DNA from: Antechinus flavipes
Taxonomy: Eukaryota
Reading direction: 5' to 3'
NCBI RefSeq assembly: GCF_016432865.1
Contig: NC_067399.1
Location: 511,624,001-511,688,000 of the forward strand
Length of the DNA: 64,000 nucleotides
The notes beneath the pieces are model-generated. The model ran no database searches. It was not told the DNA's origin and saw nothing but the letters and a program-made list of their open reading frames with translations. A program made the position numbers and the translations under genes. Shown here piece after piece: positions 23,740 to 36,405 of the stretch; the stretch's first letter is position 1, and the number at the start of each line of letters is the position of its first letter.

Positions 23740-26734
23740 CATCCAGTCACCTGCCAGATCTTGTTCAGTCTATATCTCACATCTGTTCTGTTTCCTCCAC
23801 TCACACAACCAACACCATTAATTGCCCCATGCCTGAAATGACCTCTCTCTCCTATTTAAGATTCTCTAGTTATTTCAGAGAGAAGTTCAAGTACCATTTT
23901 ACATGTGACATGCTACCTTTCCTGATTTCCCAGATTCTGGTGCCTTCCCAGTATCAATTCATGTGTCTTATTTATATATTTTGTATATAGTTATATGGCT
24001 ACCTGTTGGTTGTCCCTGCTAAACTGTAAACTACTTGGGAGCAAGGGTATTTTTCATTTTTGTCTTTGTATACCTACTGTCTAATACTTAATGAAGGCTT
24101 GTTGATTAATCCTCCCTTTTTCTCCTATTTCTTCTGCACAATTTTTTTTTAAGAAGCTAAGAATGTGCAAGAAATATTTGTTTATTTTTGATATATAAAT
24201 AATGAAAACAGTACATATATACATAGAAATAAACTATTATAATTAATCAGTAAATATGTGTCAGGTACCTACTGTGTGTTAGATCCTATATTACACATTG
24301 GAAATAAATCACAAAGATGATAAAGTCTCTGCCCTCAAGAAGTTTATATTCTTCTGGAGGTATATAACACATTTACAAATGAGTAAATAAAGAAATATTG
24401 GATCTCTATGTCTCTATCATCTATATTTATATCATCTTTGTCTTTATCTCTTTTTCTATCCATGTTGATTAACAAAAGAACATTACATAAAGGATGGGAA
24501 AAGCTCTGTGACATAGCAGTTTCTTAGTTTTAGCCTCCAGGAAACTTTTCCTGATAAAGATGGTCCGCTGTTTAATAAATATATTTATATTTGTATCTTT
24601 TGTATTTATCTTGACTAAATTTACCTCCCATCTCCCTTCTCCCAGAAAAACAACCTATATAACAAAGAATATTTTTAATTGCTTTTTACTTTCAAAATAC
24701 ATACAAAGATGGTTTTCAACATTCACCCTTGCAAAACCTTGTGTTACAAATTTTTCTCTTACCCTTATCTACTAGACAGCAAGATCCAACATGTGTTAAC
24801 TATGCGCAATTCTTCTATACATTTTTCCACATTTATCATCCTGCACAGTTTTTAATGCTTTAGTGGTCTTTGATGCTTTCTCTTTTGTGGTCTCCATTCT
24901 TCCCCTTACCTTTTAGAATAACTGGAATGGGGTGTTTAGGGCGGGATGGGGAGGGAGGGTGGGAAAGAAGGGGGTTTGTTTGCTTTATTTTTTGGATTAG
25001 GGGTTTGTTGTTGTTATTGAGGCAATTGGAAATGTGACTTGTCTAGGATCACACAGCTAGTAAATGTTAAGTAAGATTTGAATTCAGATCCTCCTTACTC
25101 CAGAGCCAGAATAATACCCACTTTGCCATCTAGCTGCCCCTAGAATGAGGTTTTTACCTTTGCCTCTTCCAGTAAAACTTATTTCATTGATACCTCTAGT
25201 GCTTTGGATCTTCTATTCATCTTCCATTTTTTTCCACAGGTTTTGATAGAGAATGGAACAAAAACTGGACACCGTCTCCTCATGGATGCAAGGGACCTAG
25301 TCCTTAAAGTGAGGTTCTTCTCTACTCTATCCTGCTTCTTCAGAACTGACATTCCCTTGAAAACTGAGAGTGCTCAACGATATGTTGAAGATGACTCCCA
25401 TTTGACAAAGCATATTGTCCTGGATCAGAATGATTATCCATCTGAGAAGCGAGTAAACAAAGGATTGTAGATTTCTGAAGCACAAAGGGTATAGGAGCTA
25501 GTATATTAAGGGGCACTTTAGTGACCCAAGTCACACTAGGCTGCAAAACATCAAGGTTTTAAAAGTTAGAATTTGCCAATAAGTGTATGAGAGTGACTTG
25601 ATCATACCATCCTGTACATTGAGTTATACTGTCTTCCCCAAGCTTCAGGTGTACCATGCCTGGTATTAGTTACCTAGATTGACATAGATTGACTATCTAA
25701 TGACTGATGAAGGATTGGTTAAGGACCTTTAAATGAGGAAATACAGTGACTGAACTGTGAGAGTGTCTTTCAACTACTGACACATATTTTTGGGCTTCAG
25801 GGACCAGAGAAATCTCCCTTAGACCATCGACCTGGACATGTCTTCGCTCCAGTAAGTATTCTTCCTTGATTGAACTGGTAGAATTAGTTTTGGGTTCAGC
25901 TATGGCTAGGAAAGGTTAAAGAAGGAAAATTAACCTATTATTTTATACTACCTTCCATCTGTTTACCTTATCTATATTTATAGTTCCACTGTATTTATAA
26001 TTCTCCAGTTCCTAACTCACTGTCTTCTAGTTTCTTTTACGTTTGTTATTCTTTTTTTCCACAGTGTCCCCATGAACTTCCTTGCCCCAAGCTATCTACT
26101 TCTCCAGCCCAGGCCTGCAGCTTTTCCCAAGCATACAGCACCATTCCTTTTAGCTGGGTAAGCATGCTGCTACAGAGTGGGATAACGGGATACATGAAAT
26201 AAGAATTAAGGTGAGGGACTAAATGATCTGGTCTGTGGAAGGAAAAAGGGTTTGGGGGGTCAGGCCTAAAAATAAGAGATCTTACTTATTTTTAACCTTT
26301 TCCCACCTTCTTTCCATATGGTTCACTATGGCCTCAGAACCATACTCATAAGGAGGAGAAGTTCTCTCTGGTAATCCTAAGCCGGAGCTTTCCAGGAGAG
26401 AATCATCGATTGGCCCGTGTCACCCAGCCTGTCCTTAAACGGCCACGCCATGTACATTGTCACTTGTGTTGCCCTGATGGCCATCTCCAACATGTTGTGG
26501 TTACTGCTCGACGACATGGCAGGTACATGGAACACGAGGAATTGGGGAAGAAAGGATATACTACTCACATGAATGTTGAAGGGGAAGGGGAAGCTATATC
26601 AGAGTGTCTCTCTTTTTCTTCTTCATAGACACTTATATCGCTGTGCTCGTGCTAGTAGCTGGGGCGATCGCTTGCCTTTGACCACTTCACTTGAGCTTCC
26701 TCCATCCCCTGTTCAAGATCCTTCTGACAACTGA
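14401..26734 (+). CDS. METTL17: Methyltransferase-like 17, mitochondrial small-subunit assembly factor (Rsm22 family), 460 aa
   Basis: Fourteen GT-AG exons in one frame: 14401-14478, 15580-15733, 15825-15959, 17723-17804, 19568-19649, 19802-19875, 20396-20490, 20902-20972, 21361-21468, 25240-25308, 25801-25851, 26065-26157, 26338-26522, 26629-26734 (1383 nt). Arg/Leu-rich presequence, [15 protein letters not shown] motif MDFGSGTGS, Fe-S Cys motifs CPHELPC..C and HCHLCCPDG. Confidence 0.97.
16590..17010 (-). mobile_element. LINE-1 3'UTR fragment (METTL17 intron 3)
   Basis: Antisense L1 3'UTR motifs (ttcactaaatcagttcataagc, ggcacaataatatatcc). Confidence 0.6.
17012..17235 (-). mobile_element. 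CORE-SINE (MAR1-like)
   Basis: ttttggcaaagatactagagtag, cattttacagatgaggaa, agggtcacaca. Confidence 0.75.
19045..19275 (-). mobile_element. MIR
   Basis: atctcattcattcttcacaagacccctgtg, aaggttaagtgacttgcctagagccacatagctagtaag, agaatttgaattgaggtcttc. Confidence 0.75.
21062..21214 (+). mobile_element. tRNA-derived marsupial SINE with 13-bp TSD (METTL17 intron 8)
   Basis: gggggcagctagatggcacagtgg A box, gagttcaaat B box, A tail; TSD aaaatatatattt at 21049-21061 and 21215-21227. Confidence 0.92.
22805..23300 (-). mobile_element. Solo ERV LTR, antisense to METTL17 (intron 9)
   Basis: tgtagt...cataata termini (TG..CA with one change); flanks gtcagg (22799-22804) and gtcagc (23301-23306); minus-strand CATATAAG near 23108-23115 and AATAAA at 22902-22907. 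Confidence 0.75.
23706..23741. repeat. (CA)n microsatellite
   Basis: Read directly. Confidence 0.95.
24600..24850 (-). mobile_element. LINE-1 3'UTR fragment
   Basis: caacattcacccttgcaaaaccttgtgtt..ttttccacatttatcat..ctgcaca is the reverse complement of the 3'UTR seen at 2040-2210. Confidence 0.7.
25005..25140 (-). mobile_element. tRNA-derived SINE
   Basis: Ends ccatctagctgcccc (reverse complement of the SINE 5' end); contains gatttgaattc (B box) and gtgacttgtctaggatcacacagctag. Confidence 0.8.
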
Positions 26735-26851
26735 CAAGGGAGCTTAGGAGTAGTTGGCTAACACCTCCCAGCTTTTATCATCCTTGCCAAAAATGAAGCT
26801 TTGTGGGGATTCATGATAGGAGTACCACATACCCCCTAACTTTTGAATTGA

Positions 26852-26857
26852 ATTAAA
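26852..26857 (+). terminator. Probable METTL17 polyadenylation signal (ATTAAA)
   Basis: First canonical hexamer, about 120 nt after the stop codon. Confidence 0.5.
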
Positions 26858-28201
26858 TGTTATTTTTTAAATAGAAAAAAAAAAATTAGTGTTGTGATTC
26901 TTAACAAAAAAGTATTCAGGATTTCCTTCCCTGAAGTTTTGATTTACCATGGTAACAAAATTTAATTCCAGGGCTTTTTTGTATTCTCACTTAGTCCTTA
27001 GCCACTCCAATATTGCCCCTTATATAAGAATCACTACTCCCCAAGGGAAGCCTGGTTGGGAGTAGTGGGAAAACTAGGTGACAAGAACCACCTCCAGCTC
27101 TTCTGAAAACTGGCTCAACAGGTCTCAATGTGGCTATGCAGGTAACCTGCCTAGGGAAACCAACAATCACCTATCCTGTCCCTTCTCCCCTTTAGTTTTC
27201 TCCCATTGCCCCTCCTAAGGTTCTTCAATCAAATCAGAGCTTTCTTTAGCTGTCTCACTTAGACTTAAACCCAAACTATGAGTCAGGACTCAATGCTTTT
27301 CCAAGGTCCACTCCACCATACTCCAAGCTAGTACATTCTATTCTTGTTGGTTAATATCTCCATTAGTCCTTGATAATGTATTGATTAAGTCTTGGGCCAG
27401 CTATTCCATTTACCTTTAGGTTATAACCACTTAGATTACCTTAGCTCCCCTCAAAGCACTTGTTGGGCACAGGAAGAGACGGGGATATTGTTAATGCAGT
27501 AGCCCCATAGATCTTGTATTCTTTCCCCAAAAAAAAATTTTTTAAAGTTTTAATTCTATACTGAGAGTTCTTTGTTGGTATTGCAGGTAAGGGGGCTCAC
27601 TCTCTGAGTTCCCACAGCATGGCAAAAAGGAAATTCCTAGTCCTACCTGCTTTTGCCCCAGCTGGCCCCAAATCCCCTCTGAAAAGGTGCAGTTCAGGTG
27701 TCAGATACAGCAGCCTACAAAGCAGGGGGATTGAGTAAAAAAACATGGATGTTTTGGATAGAGTGTCCTAAGCAAGGAAGGGCCAGGCTTTTGTCCCCAG
27801 AGAGAAGGAACAGGGGTTCCACAACCATCACAGAGCATGCCGTCTCCCATCAGGCTCACCCCAGAGGTGAGCTCACACGGCTCTTTGTCAGCCTAAGGAT
27901 TAGTCAGCCACGAGGAGGAGGAGAGACACACAGCTCTGGGCTGTGTCTGGCAGGAAGGCTGGAGTTTCTGGTTACTGAGCTGAAGAGGGGTGAGGCTGGG
28001 GAGGGGCCCTGTTAGGGGGTGGGGGGAAGCCAGAGGCAGAGTCCCAGGCAGAGGCAGACATCTGCCTGAGCAGAGGCAGCACACGTCGGCCACAACCACT
28101 GCCCACTGGGGCCAGGTGAACGAACACAGCAGTTTTGAACACTCCTGCTCCGAAGACCTACTCTACCACCCTGGGGACTCTATTCAACCTCCACCCCAGG
28201 G

Positions 28202-29908
28202 ATGGAGCCACTTGTGGGTGTAAAAATTGGCTGCCTGCTAGCCTTGCTGGCTCTCACTGTGTTCTGTGGCATTATTCCTATCTGCTTCAAATGGTTCCGG
28301 ATCCATGCAGCCACAGGTATAGTTGTTTGTCCTGCTAGCATAAGCTCCTGTTCCCATCTCAACCCTTCCTTTCACTTTGGGCCCTATCTTGCCTCCACTT
28401 CCAATCCTGAACCTTAGATTCTCTGCAGCCAGACCCCCATTCTATAGTCATCTGTCTGCCTTCCTTGAATAGCCAGCTAAAAACGTCCTCCACTGTTTGC
28501 CCCTTTGCCTTGGCAGGGAAGCACCGCCGGGTCCTCAGCCTCCTGGGTTGTGTGTCAGCAGGGGTGTTTCTGGGAGCAGGGCTTATGCACATGACGGCGG
28601 AGGCCCTGGAGGGCATTGATTCAGAGATCCAGAATTACATCCTGCAGGTGAGGGGCTGGGATGCTGGACTACCTAGGATGTGTGGGACCCGAGGGAGGAA
28701 CAAAAGCGAGTTTATGGAAAAGGACAGAACTGGGGGACATGACACTTTTTAAGGAAAAATGGAACCAGAGCAGCACCACAGAAGCTTGATCCTTTCCCTT
28801 CTAATTCATGCTCTCTCCTTCCCAGAATAGGACAGGAAGCGAGGGAAATTTTTCTGACACCACTGACTCAACTGAGGTGAGTGTCCCCTCTCCAGGCCCC
28901 AGCTGAGGAGTCAGGGGAGCCTTTCCCCATTCAGGCCTCTCTTGGGAGTATGTGAGGCATGCTGAGCATTCCTTCTGTCCCCCAGCTGGTGTTCTAGCCC
29001 CAAACTTTAAATAAAGGTCCATCCCATACATCGGGCCCAGGGGACATCTGTCCCGCTCTTTATGGCCCTGTTGTCTGGACACATTCTTGCCCCTTTTCCC
29101 GTGATTGACTCTCTTCTCTTCAGGTCTTCTTTCCCTCTCTTTTCTCCCCATGTCTAACACCATCCTCATGCCCACACTTCTTGTCCACCACACTTTGTTC
29201 CAGCCATTCCCTTTTCTTTTCTCCCACTTCTTTCTTTAGTCACCTAATGATCCTCTCTCACCCTAGGTGGATTATCCATTTGGGGAGCTCATCATCTCCC
29301 TAGGCTTCTTCTTGGTTTTCCTGTTGGAGTCACTGGCGCTGCAGTGGGCCCCTAGCAGTACCAGGGGGTCAAAGACACATGCAGAGGAATGGGGTGGGCC
29401 CCCTGGGGCCCACTCCTTAAGCCTGCACAGCCACGGATCCCCACCACCCCCCTCTCAGGGCCCTTTTAGGGCACTGGTTCTCTTGCTTTCACTCTCCTTT
29501 CACTCAGTGTTTGAGGGGCTAGCTGTGGGGCTGCAATCCTCAGTACCGGCTGTGCTGCAGCTCTGCCTGGCAGTCCTGGCACACAAGGGACTAGTGGTGT
29601 TTGGAGTGGGGCTTCGATTGGTGCAAACCGGCACAGGGCCACGATGGGCCCTGATCTCCATCCTGGCATTGGCCCTCATGTCCCCCCTCGGCGTAGCTTT
29701 GGGGATGGCTGTGGCTGGGGGAGATCCTGAAGGAGGAAGGGCCTTAGCCCAGGCCGTGTTAGAAGGTGTGGCGGCTGGCACTTTCCTCTATGTGACCTTC
29801 TTAGAAATTCTTCCCCGCGAACTGGCTGCCCCCGAGTCCCCTCTTGCTAAATGGGGCTGTGTGGCTGCTGGTTTTACCTTCATGGCCATTATTGCCATCT
29901 GGGCATGA
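28202..29908 (+). CDS. SLC39A2: Zinc transporter ZIP2, 312 aa
   Basis: Four exons: 28202-28316, 28517-28647, 28826-28876, 29267-29908 (939 nt, GT-AG). MEPLVGVKIGCL start, GVFLGAGLMHMTAEALEG, DYPFGELIIS, HSHG loop, TM4 SFHSVFEGLAVG, TM5 LAHKGLVVF, GTFLYVTFLEILPRE, C-terminal AIWA. Confidence 0.97.
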
Positions 29909-30211
29909 AGTGTCCCCCTAATCTGAGAGACCATCCTTCCCCACACAACTAGCCTGAGCAAACATCCCCTGCTCCGAGTTGGCCCCAGGCCTGGGACATT
30001 CTTACTGAGCCTCAGTGGCAGGCATCCAGCATCATCCTCATAGCTGGATTCTGAGTTCCTTTGCAAGGTCTTTGTTTGGGTCACCCCGCTCTGAGAGAGC
30101 AGAGAGCTTGGGGTGCGGAGCAGCAGAGAAAGGGAGGACAGCAGGATGAAGATGGAGCCTTTCTGCCTGCTGCCCCAGACTTGGAGTACCCCACTCGGGG
30201 TACTGTGTGTC

Positions 30212-30217
30212 AATAAA
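30212..30217 (+). terminator. Probable SLC39A2 polyadenylation signal (AATAAA)
   Basis: Canonical hexamer about 300 nt after the stop codon. Confidence 0.6.
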
Positions 30218-33200
30218 CGTCAGTCCTCTGTCCACCTTATCTTAGCCGTTCTGTTTCTAACTTCCCTACCTGGTATGAGGGCAAGCTGATGCGGCAGGGA
30301 AGGGAAGGCGGGAGAGGTCAGCAGGGCAAGAGCTCTGCCTGTGTCGGGCCCTAGCCTTGTCACTACAAGTTGGCAGATGAAGCTGGTGGTGGAGGGATGG
30401 ATTGTTGGGATTCCAGGCATCCCGTCCTCCTTCCTTCTCCCTTCATTGGTGCTGGCAACAAACAGAGAAGGGCTGAACAGAACCCAGAGACCCTCTCCAC
30501 CCACTCCTTACAAGTCAGCACACTCGGAGTTTCTCACACTGCTTCTTGTGTTCTCTAAGCCCTTTACTGCTGCACGTGCTGAAGAATTAAGATATGGTGT
30601 GTTTAGGGAAGGAAGAAAGGCGCCAGATAAGTGCCTGGATCAGCCCAAGCTCAGCCCTAGCCTTCACTCCACCTCCAGTGCTGTCCCTGCACCCCTCCCC
30701 CAGACTGCTTGCTTTACATCTTGAATCTCCCTAGCCAGTGAACAAACTAGTTTCTCTAGGATCAGGAAGGGGAAAGATTGTGATGCTTTTTGTGAGGCTA
30801 CTAAATGGAGATCTAGAGTTTAGATGAAAAGTCTAGGGAAATGAGTATGTGCAGTCTCCCACCTCGGATTTTCATTATTGGAGAATAAGGGGAAAGGAAG
30901 ATCTGCTCTTATCTGGTTTCTTATCTCCTGCTCATCCTGTTTCCCTTAATACTACATAAATCACCCAGACCTGTGAATAAGCCTAATCCTAATATCAGAG
31001 GTCAGGCTTTAGAAAATATCTTACAAAGGTAATTAACTCCTATAACCTTAGTTCTAACTTCTTCCTGTGCCGCCCCCCCCCCCTCCCCCTCGGCCTTTAA
31101 CTTCAGTGACCTTATTCTTTGTACACAGGGGAGTTGAGAGTAGGCTAAGGAACTGGATTGTTTTGGAGCTAGATGACTTTCCAGCAGAGGTAGAGCACCG
31201 TGTTTCTGGGTCACTGATCAATGTGAAGCAATGGGAAGTAAGGCAGGGTTCTTCAGGCATGACTAGTAATACCTTTCTTTTTTCCAGAATCTTTTTTAAC
31301 CCAAAGTGCCTCCATTTTCTTTCTCATTATTATGTCTTCATCCTTGGGGTTCTTTCCATTCTGAGGAATCTAGGAGTCATTTTAATTCTGAAATACGCTT
31401 TCTCTAGAGCCAGAATAATAGGGAATAAACTTTCTGGAGATAGAAACAACTAGACTTATGTAAAGGGAACGGGATTGTAGGGAGGCAATCTACTTTTCAT
31501 TTTCCCCCAACAATAATGGGAAAGGAGAAATTGAAGACTTACAGATACTAAAAATGTAGAGAACGAAAAGTATAGTATATTATTGAGTTAAAAATGTCAA
31601 AAACACTCTAATGAAAATATAGGCATAAGGAATAACCCAATAACAGAGGTTGAAACATAGACACAAAATATAAGCCCCTTATCCTAGAAAGAGGAAAGAA
31701 TCTAAGATCTAGGTCCCATCTGAAATGAGGTATAGGAAAGAAAAAAATCAATGTTCATCCAAAGTTACTGAAGACAGATAGCCACAGATTGTGTTATAAA
31801 GTGGTTCTAAGGAAAAGGAAGGTTTGAATCACTGAAAGTTTTTCAAGGTCCCAAATAATCAACTAGGGATAACAGTGAAAGATCTAAAAGATGAAGTTTA
31901 AATAGGAGAGAGAACAAGATGTACACTTTAAGGCTATTTAAAACCAATATCTTACATTTCCCATTCCCCCTTTTTTAAAAACCAAATTTTTCCTAAAGAT
32001 GTAAATATGTAAAGATTAAAGATGTTTTAATTATAAATATCAGCCTTGGGAGAGACTTGTAATCTAATACAATTTTCTCATCACCAAAACCCTTTACAAC
32101 ATACCCAATAAGCGGGTATCTAACTTCCACTTAAAGTCTTCCAATTGGTAAAGAGGTGAAGGAGGAACCATTACCACCTAAGTCAGCCTATTAGGAAGTT
32201 TTTCTTTATCTCAATCCTAAATGTATCATTCTACAATCTTCTAATGCTATAATTCTAAGTTTCCTCTTATTAACCCTATGAAGACTATGACTTTAAAACC
32301 AGATCCCAGAAGATGAATTTTTCAGTTCACCTCTTTCCTGTTACCTAAGTTCAGAACTCTAAAGCTTTGCACTATAGGAACCTTCTACCTGTTGGAAGAA
32401 AAGGGTTTGAGTTTGAATGTAATAGGAAGTACAAGCAATTAAAAAAAGGAGTAATAAGTGAAGAATGAAAGACCTTTCTTTAAAGGACAAAACAATGAGA
32501 ACAGTAACATTTTTGAAAAAAGCCAAAAAATATAATCAAGTGGACACAAATTGAGAAAACACACAAACAAGAGAAAAAATAAGGAAGTGGAATTTAGACA
32601 CTATGAAGCAATTCATAAATATTGATACAAGAAACTATTTGGCTAAAAATAGTCCCACATCATCTGGTTTGTTTCTATCTGATAAGAGCAGAAATACAGT
32701 GAACTTCCAAGATAGCTATTGATAAGACACCTAGGATAGAACACCCCTGCTGAACCCATAACTGAAATCTTGTGCTAGAGATGGGCAAAAGGAATTCGAG
32801 ATCCCTAGAGCTGTTAAGTCAGTTCTGGGGTCGTAATAGCTAATCCATGGCTTTATACATCTAGCCAGATGGGGATTCTATGATTTCCTGTCTTGAGAAT
32901 TGACACTCCTGGCCTAAGTACTTCACACTGCTAACCTTTTGTGGAGTTTTTTCTAATGTCTAATCTCTTGTACTGGAAATGTATTCTTTCTTTGTAAAAG
33001 TGTCCTCCAGAAAATTATCTTCAGAGATTTCCAACTTTGTGGGTTTAGGTCTCATCCAGTCTTTCTTTTGGTTGAATCTAATTTGTTTGTTCCTTTTCCC
33101 TCTCCCCATTTATCCTTTAAGCGGCTTTCCTTTTTCCCATTGCTCTCATTCTTTCACTTTCTATTTTCTTGGACCTTCTCCCTGCAGTTTAAGAAGTCCA

Positions 33201-34159
33201 AAGACTCACAGAGAGAAGAGATCAGGAATCTAAGTCTGGACACACTTGGATTGTAATAGAATTGTAATAGAAGATGAGAGGCTAAGAAAACTAGAAGTAT
33301 AACCACTCTTAAGATGTCTGCTGTGGTTCTTTGGATCTACAGTGAATCTCACCATGCACCATGAGCCATTCTAAGTCCTTTCCCCTCACCTTTCAAGCTC
33401 CGATCCTGAAAATCAATGGTTTGCTTTCAGATCATAAAAAAAAGTCTAGGCAGGAGGGGAAAGGATGTGATAAGCTAGAGAGGGAGGAAAAATGGTACTA
33501 AGAGCTAGGATCCAAGGTTAAATCGCCATGTCGACCACAAGAGGGCAATGTGATTCCATAACCTGAATCTGGCAGAGCAGAAAGCAGTCTTAACTGGTCT
33601 GTGCTGAGGTCATCCTGTTCCCACACCTGGCAGGAGTCCAGGCCAGACAGATGTGAATCCTTTGTGCTAAGAGAGTCTTAGTGGAAGTACATTCCCATCC
33701 ATCATGTCCCCTTGGGCCACTTTCTAACAGGCAGGAAAAGGCCCGCAAATAGACTATCATCCTCATTTATGAAGACTAGAAATAAGTCTCTTCCAAGCCT
33801 GTCCATTACTTTGCAGAGCTAGCTAATGCTTGTATAGGCTGGTAGAGTTTACAACTCTTGCCTTGCCTAGGTTCCCACCAAAACGTTTGTTGAAAAAGAA
33901 CCACTCTCATTTCAGATTTCTATATTTAAGGATGCTAGGGATTTTTTTTTCTCACAAAGCTAAACTTCATTATTGGACAGTTGCTCCTTTAGCCAGTCCT
34001 GAATATTATCTTCCCAAATCAGCTCACTATTTAACAATAGCTTGCTGTCTGAGTAGCCATTCTCTTACCTGCAAGTGTGAAAGGCAGCACCATAAAATTA
34101 GGACACCTAAATATAGAGGACACAAAAATTTAACATCTCTCTACTAATTCTTTCTTCTC

Positions 34160-34556
34160 TAAAATGTGTTACTTCCTGTACTATGTTCATATCGTGAAAT
34201 ACAAAGTTGATATAAGTATAGATACAAATATGTAGCTAGATAGTTGATTTTTGAGGAGGCTCTCCTTGTTGCTTGCCCAAGTGCCTACATACTCTAGTAG
34301 AAGGAAACAAATACTGATTTATTGCAGTGCTTTTTTGTTCATAATATAGTATATCATTCTTTGCTTTGTACTGCAAGGAATCACAGCTGGCTCAAAGTCT
34401 AAATTAGCAACACTGAAGAAGAATCAAGAGACACCCTTTGCAGCTGAAGTCTAAATTTCATACAAGTCTCTGGTTTACATGTGCACAATTACACTGTTGC
34501 AAGTTGCATTCCACTTGTGGCACACCTAGGAAAGTAAGCACTTTGAGAACCACTGA
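34160..34556. mobile_element. Possible hAT-Charlie DNA transposon relic
   Basis: Right end gcactttgagaaccactg resembles the Charlie-type TIR. The left boundary is uncertain. Confidence 0.4.
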
Positions 34557-35543
34557 TTCAGTATAGATATTGGCCTACTACTGTTTTTCATTGACATTAA
34601 AACATGCCTTGTAAAGTTTTAATGACACTATTCAAGAATTAAGATCAAGATGGTCTCTTAATCTGCACTGGATTCAACTTTTTCAACTTTTCCCTTCCCA
34701 TCAACGAATGAATCACTCAGCATACCTTCCATAGAACCAAATTCAATCTGCCTGCCTGCCCCTGGTTTTCCTGATACAAGCTAGTAAGCTAGTACACTTC
34801 CTTGGTTCTTTTCCATCAGGATTACAGTGCCAGCATCTCTATAAAGTGGATAATATTCTTGCCCATATTGTCCTTTAAGAACACAGTGGCCTTGTATGTA
34901 GTAGATTCTGATGATTCTTAAAAGTCCTTCAATAATACTTATAATTCAAAGATGTTGGCCCTTTCAATTCTAAATGTTCAAAAGTTCATGTGAAATAGTC
35001 TAACAGCTGCATTTATGTTCCTTACATGTTGACCATAGAGTTCTGAAAAAAAGCACACTGTAAATAATTGTTCCCAGCTTCAGTGGATCAGTTTGCCACA
35101 TACTCTTTGACTTTCAGTAACTTTTATAAGGCAAACCTTAAGATCTTTGAGAATTCAAGTATCCAAACTTATTAAGAAACCACTTTATATGCCTAGTGAT
35201 AACTGAGAATCCTAAACGGATGGGGGACGCCAAAGTAGAGATTAGTGACAATTTATTTTCTTCTTAGAGATGGCAATGACAACCTGCCTGGATTCCCTTT
35301 GCATTTTTTCAAGTTTTTCCCCCTTTCCCTGCCTAAAAAATCTGGATGAGTAATAGATTAAGAGGTTTTACTATTCATCATGATTTGAGAAGCTAATCAT
35401 CTCTTGAGTGGTGAAGGCCATACCATATTTTGGCAGGTTTTCTGTTTTACATATTTTATTAATGTGTAAAGAATTTTAAGGAAATCTAATGCCTTCTTTT
35501 ATACACACAGATTGAACACTGGTCCTCAGTCTTGTCTACACAA

Positions 35544-35549
35544 TTTATT
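35544..35549 (-). terminator. Probable NDRG2 polyadenylation signal (AATAAA, minus strand)
   Basis: tttatt on +, about 860 nt past the stop codon; a second candidate lies at 35455-35460. Confidence 0.55.
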
Positions 35550-36405
35550 GTTACAAGGAGTTTGTGAGGGACAATGGGCTCAAAAGGGGTAATTTCCCCT
35601 CTACTATAGTATGGTCAGAGCCCCCAAGACACTTACCCTGCTCCCTAGGCAATCCTGCCCACTCCTCATGGCAAGTCTAAAGCAGCACAGCCCTAATCTG
35701 CGCCCCCAACTTCACTCCATAAAAACTGGTAACTATAGAGTTAGTGCAGCCAAGCGGCCCCAGCTCCCTCCCCACTCCTGCTCCTGGCTCCAGCTTATAC
35801 GTTCACTCACACTCATCACCTGTCACTACTATTTCTTCTCTATCATTTGGACATCCCCATTGCAATCATAGGGCCTTTACTGACCCTGAATACCCAATAA
35901 GTTTCCTAAACACTCATACTGTCACTCACACACCCATCCCCATTAGGGGAATAAAGATTAATCAGAATCAGCATTAGCAACTCCACTCCCAGTGGGTTCC
36001 CCAGATGCTCTTATTACAGTGCATCCTGGGTTAGAAAAAAATAATTTGAGCTGGGATGCAGCAACCTCTCTTCCCTCATCTGAAGGTTCCTGGATCAAGG
36101 AATAGCATGTCCCTTCCAAGTCTTTCTCCAAAATAAGGAGACAATCCAGGAATGAAAAGTCAGGGGTCTGGGTCCCTAAGAGATATTAGGATCTCTCTCC
36201 CAGGGTTTGGGGAGGGGGGGTCCACAAGTTAGAGGTCAAGGTTAGGGTAGAAATCAAAAGGTCAAAGTCATCTCCCTGCAGAATCTGTCCCACCTTTCTC
36301 TCTTGTTCTCTCTCCGGCCTATCACCCTTATATACCCCCTGGGTTAGATCTGGAGGGCTGGGGGGAGGTGCAGGCCAGGTCCTTCAAAAGGGGAGGGAGG
36401 GATGC

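Larger units (their letters stand above)
21495..24105 (+). mobile_element. LINE-2 split by about 1.3 kb of later insertions (about 21495-22085 and 23380-24105)
   Basis: L2-like sequence stops near 22085 and resumes colinearly near 23380 (ggacatttcaatctggat..ctcaaacctaac), ending with the L2 terminus. Confidence 0.6.

Noticed and set aside
26065-26157. METTL17 exon 12 is three codons longer than recalled human between Fe-S cysteines
   Set aside because: As recalled, the longer form is the general mammalian state, so it is not peculiar to this genome.
29466-30213. Minus-strand ORFs (67, 93 and 141 aa) over SLC39A2 exon 4 and 3'UTR
   Set aside because: Antisense shadows of a GC-rich coding exon.
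34560-35230. Non-repeat-looking segment with broken minus-strand frames (e.g. VFLKDNMGKNIIHFIEMLAL), possibly a retrocopy
   Set aside because: No parent gene recognised and no clear TSD or poly(A); needs BLASTX.
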